From Vulcanimicrobiota bacterium (lineage in GTDB: Bacteria; Vulcanimicrobiota; Xenobia; Xenobiales; JADMJV01), in NCBI GenBank assembly GCA_050250895.1, contig JBFWNU010000011.1, positions 66,487 to 122,466 on the forward strand: DNA of 55,980 nucleotides, in the 5' to 3' direction. Below the pieces are notes generated by a model. The model was given only the letters and a program-made list of their open reading frames with translations. It ran no database searches and had not been told where the DNA came from. This document shows, piece after piece, positions 49,701-55,980 of the stretch. Each line of letters begins with the position of its first letter. Positions within the stretch are counted from its first letter, which is position 1. A program made the position numbers and the translations under genes.

Positions 49701-51670
49701 TCACCCTGGACGGCATCAAGCTGGCCGGCCTTTCGGTCCAGGCCGAAGACACCAACGGCCAACCCGTGGTCGCCTTCCGTGGCGACCCCGGTGAGGTGCG
49801 GGTCGACCAGCTGTTGGCCGGCGTATCGGCCGCCGACCGCAGCGGGGCCGAGCGCTGCGCCGACCTCAAGGCCCTGGCCGGCTTCATCCAGCGCTTCGGA
49901 GGCATCCAGCCGGCCCAGAGCCTTTGGCCCAAGCTTGCCCCTCACAGCCGTGACCCCGAGTTCACGCCAAAACTAGAAGCCATGATTGCGCTCAGCCAGA
50001 AGCTGGGGATCGCCCCGGCCGCCGAAATCTGGCCAACTCTTTCGACCGGTCTCTACCGCACTCCCGAGGCGGTGGCGGCCGTCTGCCGCCTGGCCGAGAA
50101 GGCTATGCTGAGCAACTGCCTGACCACCGAAGGCACCTGGGGCAGCGAAGAGTTGCCCGGCGTGGGTCTGGTCTGGTCGGATAGCCCGGGACGCCAGTAC
50201 GACAACAGCCGCAACGATTCGCTGGTCACCGGTAGGGTCGATCTGAGCCAGACAAAAGACCCCTTCCTGTCGTTTCGCCTGACCAGCCAGCTCGAGTCGA
50301 CTATCGACAAGCTCCACCTCGAGGCCCTGGTGGAAGGCAAGTGGAAGAACCTGGCCACCTATGTCGGCAGCGAGCCCTGGTCGACCCGCAAAGTGTCGCT
50401 GGCCGACCTGCCCAAAGGGCCCACCCAATTCCGTTTTCGCATGGAGACCGACCAGAGCGTCACCATGGACGGAGTCAAACTCTCGGACATCACCGTGCGC
50501 GAAGGCGACGATACCGTGCTCTACCGCGGCGACCCCGGTCAGGTCGACCTGGAGGGCTTGCTGGCCCACACCCGCAACGGCCAGGTCAGCACGCTGGTGG
50601 CCCTCGACTCGATGGTGACCCGCCTGGGCAGCCTGCAGGCCGCCCAGAAGCTGTGGCCTCTGCTGGCTCCCTTCGACCAGGACCCGGCCTTCGAGGAACG
50701 AGCCATGGTGTTGGCCGAGTTGGCCGCCAGCAACGGAGTGGCCGCGGCCGCCCGCGTCTGGCCGCTGCTCGACGACGGACACCTCTATCGCGACCGCCAG
50801 ATCGCCGAGGCCATCGACGTGCTCTCGAGTCGTCCGCCTGAGTGGACCACTCAGGGCCCGTGGGGCACCGAAGTCGACCCGGCCTATGGCCCGGTCTGGT
50901 CAGACAGCCCGGGTGGCCAGTATGGCAACAACACCGACGCCTCGCTGATCACTCCCGAGTTCGCGGTCACGGGCTCGGCGCGCCTGAGCTTCGCCTTGAG
51001 GACCCAGACCGAGTCGGTCGACAAGCTCAAGGTCGAAGTGGCCGGACAAGACGGCAAATGGAACGAACTCGAGGGCTTCTCGGGCAAATCCGACTGGCGC
51101 CAGGTCAGCTACGACCTGTCAGCCTATCAGGGCCAGACGGCCCGGCTGCGCTTTCACTTCACCAGCGACCAGTCGGTGACCGACGAGGGTGTCCAGCTGG
51201 CCAATATCCGCGTGGCCAGCCCTGACAAGGTCCTCCTCCACGGCGACCCGCCCGGGCCGCCCGCCGACGACCTCTTCGCCCGCCTGGCCAGCCAACCGGC
51301 CGACCAGCGCCGGGCCACCATCCTGGGTCTGGCCGGACTGGCCGACAAGGTGGGCGGGTTACAGCCGGCCACCGAACTGTGGCCGGTGCTGGCCGACTAT
51401 GCCGGCACTCCCGAATTCGCCAGCGTCACCGCCTCGGCCATCGCCCTGGCCGGCATGGTCAGCACCCGCCGGGTGGGCGAAGTGTGGAGCAGCCTCAAAT
51501 CGCACCACCCCGGCCAGAGCTTTCCTAGGGTGCTGGCGGAGCTGACCCGCCTGCTGGTCCTCTCGGGCAACCTCGAAGAAGCCCTGGCCCAGCTCAAGAC
51601 GCAGGTCGACCTGGCCGTCGAAGACGAGCACGTCATCATCGACGGCTTCCAGGTGCCCATCCAGGACTAG
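46715..51670 (+). CDS. 1651-aa protein with five beta-sandwich repeats separated by helical spacers
   Basis: Five copies of WxxSPGxxYxNxxxxSL...E..DKL..E...W...DL...FRxxxDxSV...G. Confidence 0.85.
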   Translation: MKIRPLATPYRLAPARAPLAAQPASSADSVLLSSPAPTSTLPAAPGLWGALFGPHGPALAESVAMAERVAGQGLEFRRMGKFLWWNTGWKEATPKQAARLALAGKADRLQVKKSGQDWNAVRGRGDLERLDAFYGHPGQAQPAGDEALLKLEQKGLLANHGAFGAWSALVSGNPARIGDLTVESGEQACLAAYLLANGSGEGLQHPHRAEMLGWMSRQGLTLPPLQAYATGQAQPTLDQVVLPQVTLDEPGRQTLEQHLARHQTLTDKLGDQAGPAWQALYTDGSQREYSERDAAACTIFAAGLEQPTKVYTAALESAGQKGDLQQLAQQAAQLVRGPEALELWQAVAGPSGVEPEAFQLALVSGLDPKQAYTQLTRANLSQAEFASLRQLAAGGKTLTPDSRWTAVDGGWAHSPGGNYRDGENCSLSSQTFVPDAHSRVTFRLEGSTEKGPDKLSLEATAQGQTRTLWSMSGPTSGWQSQRVDLGEYAGQPVSLNFRFTSDHSVQGPGYTLDSLAVRDGQGHALVHGEPARLERAELWKLWLEPDHRAERLAQAAELCPELGSEAATVLGQKLGTRLSPEQRASLRKLSGQFGNRRGIELFGFLVGRQLDQQGQALDALARVVAAGERGRWSASGSWGPDHQDGRLCWTDSPGQDYANNSDTSLEGPILDLGAARNTRLKFDLKTAVENGPDKLTVEARLPEAEWKELATYTGSNPWAEQDLDLSAFDGQQVQLRLRLRTDHSVTGQGVFVAEPRLTAEVDGQTKTLWNGQPEGPDFSLSGLLDSLPPGPEALAHLELLGQVEERVGNLAQAAALYQVLAPSLGQPDFQARRDALLGLAHQFGRELAVATWPVLDHPEVYTDPAANQAVTTILQSARQAGWSAEGTWGLETASPFGQVWSDSPGGQYANSQNTSLTSREFSLAGLKNARLEFLESHQLESSIDKVHVEALGSDGKWQNLKTLVGSQSWTRDQLDLSAFDGQTTKIRFRLETDQSVTLDGIKLAGLSVQAEDTNGQPVVAFRGDPGEVRVDQLLAGVSAADRSGAERCADLKALAGFIQRFGGIQPAQSLWPKLAPHSRDPEFTPKLEAMIALSQKLGIAPAAEIWPTLSTGLYRTPEAVAAVCRLAEKAMLSNCLTTEGTWGSEELPGVGLVWSDSPGRQYDNSRNDSLVTGRVDLSQTKDPFLSFRLTSQLESTIDKLHLEALVEGKWKNLATYVGSEPWSTRKVSLADLPKGPTQFRFRMETDQSVTMDGVKLSDITVREGDDTVLYRGDPGQVDLEGLLAHTRNGQVSTLVALDSMVTRLGSLQAAQKLWPLLAPFDQDPAFEERAMVLAELAASNGVAAAARVWPLLDDGHLYRDRQIAEAIDVLSSRPPEWTTQGPWGTEVDPAYGPVWSDSPGGQYGNNTDASLITPEFAVTGSARLSFALRTQTESVDKLKVEVAGQDGKWNELEGFSGKSDWRQVSYDLSAYQGQTARLRFHFTSDQSVTDEGVQLANIRVASPDKVLLHGDPPGPPADDLFARLASQPADQRRATILGLAGLADKVGGLQPATELWPVLADYAGTPEFASVTASAIALAGMVSTRRVGEVWSSLKSHHPGQSFPRVLAELTRLLVLSGNLEEALAQLKTQVDLAVEDEHVIIDGFQVPIQD

Positions 51671-52215
51671 TGAAACTGCTCGAGTTCTTGCCGGGTTAGA
51701 GGCCGCACAATGCGCCGCTCATTGGGATCCCAGGGCTTTCCGATCTGCTGGCGCGGGTCTTCCAGGCCGATCTGACCGGGCGCTTTCGGGTCCCACGGAA
51801 GCGGCCCGGGAGTAGGACAGATGGGCGGCGGGTCACCGCCACCGGGCGGGTCAGGGAAGGACGGTCCCGTGCCCTGGCCGCCGGGGAAACCCGGAATGGG
51901 AGGCATGGGTGGCGGGTCTGGGGGGAAGCTGGGCCCGGTGCCCTGCCCTCCTGGGAAGCCGGGGATGGGCGGCATCGGTGCAGGCGGGTCCCACCAGGGG
52001 CCAGGCGACGGGCTGGGCACCGGGGCGGGACCCGGATTCTTCGGCCCACAGGCGGGGTCCCAGAGACCGATCTGAGGAAGGTTGGGCGACGGGCCCTGGG
52101 GCTTGCGAGCCTCTAATGAGAGGTTGAGGCGTTCGGGTGAGGGGGCTGCCTGGGGGGCCGGTGGCCGCGAGGCGCGCCGAATAGGGGTGGGTGATGAGTG
52201 CTGGTTGATCTTCAA
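51667..52215 (-). CDS. Pro-rich hypothetical protein
   Basis: GGAGGAG RBS before TTG 52215; PMPPIPGFPGGQGTGPSFP x2; recurrent WDP. Confidence 0.6.
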   Translation of the reverse strand: MKINQHSSPTPIRRASRPPAPQAAPSPERLNLSLEARKPQGPSPNLPQIGLWDPACGPKNPGPAPVPSPSPGPWWDPPAPMPPIPGFPGGQGTGPSFPPDPPPMPPIPGFPGGQGTGPSFPDPPGGGDPPPICPTPGPLPWDPKAPGQIGLEDPRQQIGKPWDPNERRIVRPLTRQELEQFH

Positions 52216-52475
52216 GGGATTACTCCTCCAACTATATGAATCGTCGGGGGAGTCCGCAGAGGTCACCCCCTCCGCTTACTACCTGATTGGCAGTCTAGCA
52301 GGCCTCTTCGGAATGGATCTTGGGGCGACCCCACCCAACTGTTAACGGCCCGTAACAAATTTCGTCAGGCGCCAGTTCCTGGCCGTAGAGAAGATGGACC
52401 AGCAAGACAGGATGGCCAAGTGTCTGCTGCAAGCCATGATCCTCAAGAACAAGATAAGGGACCTGCAACCGCCTG

Positions 52476-53125
52476 ATGTTGAAGCTGCCCAATGAAATAC
52501 TGCGATTGGCTAAAAAGGGCGACTCGGAATTGCCTAGCTATGTCAGCGCTCTCGTGGTGCTGGACCTCTTCCGCCAGCGCTCGATCTCGGCTGGCAAAGC
52601 GGCCGAAGTACTTGGCCTGGACCGCCAGGGCTTCATGGATATCGTTGACGAGCACGGCATTCCGCTGGTGAACCTGACAGGCTCCGAAGCCGCCGAGGAG
52701 TGGGACGCCTGGTGTGCTCAATCGCGCTCTTTGTGGGCTGTCGTTTCTGATGCGGGGCCGATCATCGGCTACGCTCGAACTGGCTACCTTCACCTGCTGC
52801 AAGGCATCTTCGGTGAAGTGCTTATCCCTGAGCAGGTCGAGCGGGAGATCTGGCAGGGGGCGACCGCCCGGGTGCCCGTGAGATTCGCCAGTTCGACTGG
52901 ATTCGCACCGTTGCCATCAATAAGCAGCGGACCTTTGAAGCCTGCCGAGCCCATCTCGGGTCTGGTGAGAGCGCGGCTATCGCCCTGGCGGAGGAACTGC
53001 AGCTGCTCTGCTGCTTGAGGATGGAGCGGCTCGACGCACGGCCAGGACTTTCAAAGTCCCGGTTGCATCGGCACCAAGACGGTCGCCAAGGAAGCTCTCC
53101 ACCAGCAACTGATTCCGCGTGCCAG
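52476..53125 (+). pseudogene. UPF0175-like antitoxin fused in frame to a frameshifted DUF3368-like PIN toxin
   Basis: ISAGKAAEVLGLDRQGF, then VVSDAGPII...IPEQVEREI; LGSGESAAIALA, LLEDGAARR and IGT lie in shifted frames. Confidence 0.7.
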
Positions 53126-53194
53126 TGATCTTCGTCGAGACGTGTCCCCGGGTTGTTTTGTCGTGGGAATACCGCTAAAATCTCGCTAGGAGAG

Positions 53195-53454
53195 ATGTCT
53201 ATCTCCTCGGAAGACAGCTAAAAAGACTGCGGAAGCTCAAAGGGTGGAAGCAAACGGAGGCGAGGGAGCGAAGAACTGTTGGAAGTCGCGGTGGAGAAAG
53301 AACCGCTCATCTCTGACCCCGAACTTCTCGAGCTTCTCGAGCAGTTCCAGCAGATATCTCAATTGGCCGAGGAAGACCGTAGCGCCCTCAAGCGAATTAT
53401 CAACGCTGTGATCGTGAAAAGCCGAGGTCACAGCCTAAGGGGTAAGCCACCATG
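53195..53454 (+). pseudogene. XRE-family regulator remnant
   Basis: AGGAG-ATG at 53195; LGRQLKRLRKLKGWKQTE then, in another frame, DPELLE...ISQLAEEDRSALKRIINAVI; the HTH core is missing. Confidence 0.55.
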
Positions 53455-53640
53455 AACGCCAAGCAAAAAGTCATCGAGATGATACAAAGCCTGCCAGGTG
53501 ACCCTTCCGTGGAGGAGATCCTCGCTGAGCTGAACTTCCGCGCCAAGGTAGACGCCCGGCTGGCAGCGCTCGACCGCGGCGAGAAAGTGCCCCATGAAGA
53601 AGCCCTCGCCCGCCTCCGCCGATGGAGCAACGAGCAATAG
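53452..53640 (+). CDS. Small antitoxin of a RelE/ParE pair
   Basis: KQKVIEMIQSLP...GEKVPHEEA; overlaps the toxin gene. Confidence 0.75.
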   Translation: MNAKQKVIEMIQSLPGDPSVEEILAELNFRAKVDARLAALDRGEKVPHEEALARLRRWSNEQ

Positions 53641-53954
53641 AATGGGCCGTCGAGGCCCTCAACGACATCGACGAGGTTTGCGCAAACGCTGCTCAGTATG
53701 ACCCTGCCATGGCCGTTCGCGTGGCGGAGAGAATCGAGGAACTGGTCGGGCCACTCCGCCACCATGCGTTCATCGGGAGGATGGTGCCCGAGTATGGAGA
53801 TGAGAACCTTCGCGAACGCCTCATGTTGCGCGAGAAGTATCGGATTCTCTACCGAGTGAAGCCCGATGTGGTCGAGATCGTCGGCATCTTCCCGGCGCTT
53901 GCACCTTTACCAGATGAGGTCCAGGTCGAAGCTAGGATCCGACCTGAAACGTAA
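53622..53954 (+). CDS. RelE/ParE family toxin
   Basis: WAVEALNDIDE, GRMVPEYGDENLRE, YRILYRV...VEIVGIF. Confidence 0.82.
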   Translation: MEQRAIEWAVEALNDIDEVCANAAQYDPAMAVRVAERIEELVGPLRHHAFIGRMVPEYGDENLRERLMLREKYRILYRVKPDVVEIVGIFPALAPLPDEVQVEARIRPET

Positions 53955-54597
53955 CCGGGGCGCCGGCTCGTCCTTAACCTTAAGGCGCGATAGCCGGCGC
54001 CGCGAGAGGTGGCCGTGACTGCAACGGAGGGTTCAGGTCGCCGGGACCTGGACCGGGCGGCGGGCGCGCCTCTCGCACCACGTTGAACGCGATAGAGGCG
54101 CGCGCGAAAGGGAGGCGCTTGAAGGCCGGCAGAAACCACCCTACCGAGGACCGCTTTTGTTTCTGCCGGCCGTGGCCCCCGGAGGGGGACGGGGGGCGAA
54201 CCTGCCCCTGACCAGCTCGGCCGCGGCCCAACCACACTGTCTGACAAGAGTGCTCGCGAAATTTCCGCCGGCGGCGATGGGGGCTGCGCCTTCGCTTTTG
54301 GCCACCAGGCGCAGCCCCACTGAGCCGCCGGCCCCAGCCCGCCAACGGCCACGACGGCCGCCCTTCACCGACAATTTGAAAGGCCCAAGCCCCGGCTAAG
54401 CCGAGTCTTGGGCCTGGGTCTTTGCGCTACCGTCTCGCGCGCAGTTCTATCAGGTTCGACGTGGTCTGAGAACTGCGCCCGCGCGCCTTTCAGCGACGCT
54501 CACGCCCTTCTCCGTTGCAGTCCTTGCTCACGTCCCGCGGCGCTGGCGAGCGCCCTTTCGTGAAAGGGCGCGCCAGCGCCCCGAGAGACTCCCGAGT

Positions 54598-55110
54598 CTA
54601 TTGAGAAAAGCCGCCAAACACATAGTATTTGACTCTGCCGTGCGTCAAATACGCTTGAAACCCCTCCCAATACACTAGTTTGGCTTCGGGATACTCTATC
54701 TCCCCGGTTGGCGTCCCAAGTTTTGCAACGATTTCATCCCAGGCTGAGTTTGCCGTTAAGGAAGACCCCGGCCCGAAATCGATGGAGTAGCCGGAAACGG
54801 CGCTCACCTGCAGCCCTACATTTCTATCCACTAACAGGCTCGGGTATACTGGACGAAGGGCTGGATTTCTAAAGTTGTGAAAGTGGACCGCGAGCACGTT
54901 TTGGCCTTCGGCATATTCCCAGACAGTCCAATTCTCGTTGCCCACACGCTCGGTTGGCTCACCTAACATCGATAGAACTTGACCCGGCGTCATACCCAGG
55001 GTCACGCCGCCGATGGAGCAAGCGGGGCAAATAGAGTCCGACCGCACCGGCAGGGATAACGACACGAGCAAGGTCCACACTAGGTAGTGAATTAATCCCA
55101 ATCTCTTCAT
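54598..55110 (-). CDS. Secreted protein with BamE/SmpA-like repeats, candidate Rhs immunity protein
   Basis: Signal peptide; LGMTPGQVLSMLGEP and EIVAKLGTP; ATGA-coupled to the Rhs fragment; lower GC. Confidence 0.6.
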   Translation of the reverse strand: MKRLGLIHYLVWTLLVSLSLPVRSDSICPACSIGGVTLGMTPGQVLSMLGEPTERVGNENWTVWEYAEGQNVLAVHFHNFRNPALRPVYPSLLVDRNVGLQVSAVSGYSIDFGPGSSLTANSAWDEIVAKLGTPTGEIEYPEAKLVYWEGFQAYLTHGRVKYYVFGGFSQ

Positions 55111-55916
55111 CGACCTGAGGCTCCCGGGTAGTAAATGCCGATGACCGCATCAAAATACCTGCGTTGCTCGTCGCTCAGCACCTGAAGTTCGGATATTTGA
55201 CTAAAGCCAAATCCACTCTCAAGTTTGTTGAAGACACTAAGCCCACTGCGGTTATCATTTGTTCTTCTCGACTTGTAGCCGCAGCGATCAACTACAATCG
55301 AGAACATGACATCCGAGACCAAATCACCTGGCCCGCCGCCGTCACCGTTGACATGGGTCTTATGAATCGTGTGCAATAGTTCGTGAAAAACAAACTCATC
55401 CAACACAGCCTCAGGCTCACTTAACAAGCCCCCCTCGATTTGCAATGTATGCCTGCCGGGGAGCGTGACTACATCACCCTCTTGTTGAGGTATCCAATAA
55501 TAGCTTGCGTTTGCCAAATTCGTACTCCGGTCTATGCGAATCCTGATATCTTGGTCCTCAATCCATTTGTCGAATGGCAATCCCGGCATTGGTCTGGATA
55601 GTGGCTCCCAGCATGTTCCCACGAAAGTGCCTATGGCGTCGAGACAATCTTGGCTAGATCTTATGTTCGCAAGAATTCTTCTCTTGAGTTCCCTCACAAA
55701 CATCTGGTCTCCGACCGATCGCGATTTGTTCAGATACAGCTCGTCGTCATAGGCATCCCATAACCCATGCGGATCTACAAAGTTATTTGGACTGTTGCCT
55801 CCATAAACAAATCTATTTGGACCTCCGGCTACGCCCGCCGGATCGGAACGAACAAACCGCCCCAGCCTGGCTTGGGCCGGGTTTGAATGACCCGCGTTCA
55901 AGGGTGGCGCACCCAC
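55107..55916 (-). pseudogene. Orphan Rhs core tip plus C-terminal toxin domain (HExxH)
   Basis: GRFVRSDPAG..GGPNRFVYGGNSPNNFVDPHGL, then VFHELLH; no YD repeats upstream in frame and no convincing start. Confidence 0.75.
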
Positions 55917-55980
55917 GTACCGAGACCTCCTCAGGGCAACAAGATCAACTAAGAGAAGAATTCCGGGTGGGTACCGCTCA

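Overview
GC-rich bacterial chromosome segment. It carries housekeeping genes (clpC, mcsA, mcsB, a KamA radical SAM enzyme, a hexokinase, yjbQ, an ABC exporter, GH43, an RmlD-like SDR), signalling genes (PilZ, CHASE2 cyclase, Ser/Thr kinase), a minor-pilin cluster, several signal-peptide-less proteins that look extracellular or effector-like, and a decaying toxin-antitoxin/Rhs island at the right end. The lineage cannot be fixed from sequence alone; the gene style loosely suggests Eremiobacterota/Vulcanimicrobiota, which is an impression only. The main signal is two close paralogues of a ~400-aa DUF222-like/HNH gene (8655-9863 +, 35216-36388 -). Each lies beside ~1-kb modular arrays built on the dyad GACTTCC-N4-GGAAG. 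The 4-nt core differs between arrays, the motif is co-oriented with the gene, and one copy sits inside each gene. A further array is cut by the left window edge. This resembles a REP/RAYT-type nuclease-plus-palindrome system that uses HNH rather than HUH, and it is not CRISPR. No rRNA, tRNA or CRISPR array was recognised. All calls were made by eye; no searches were run.
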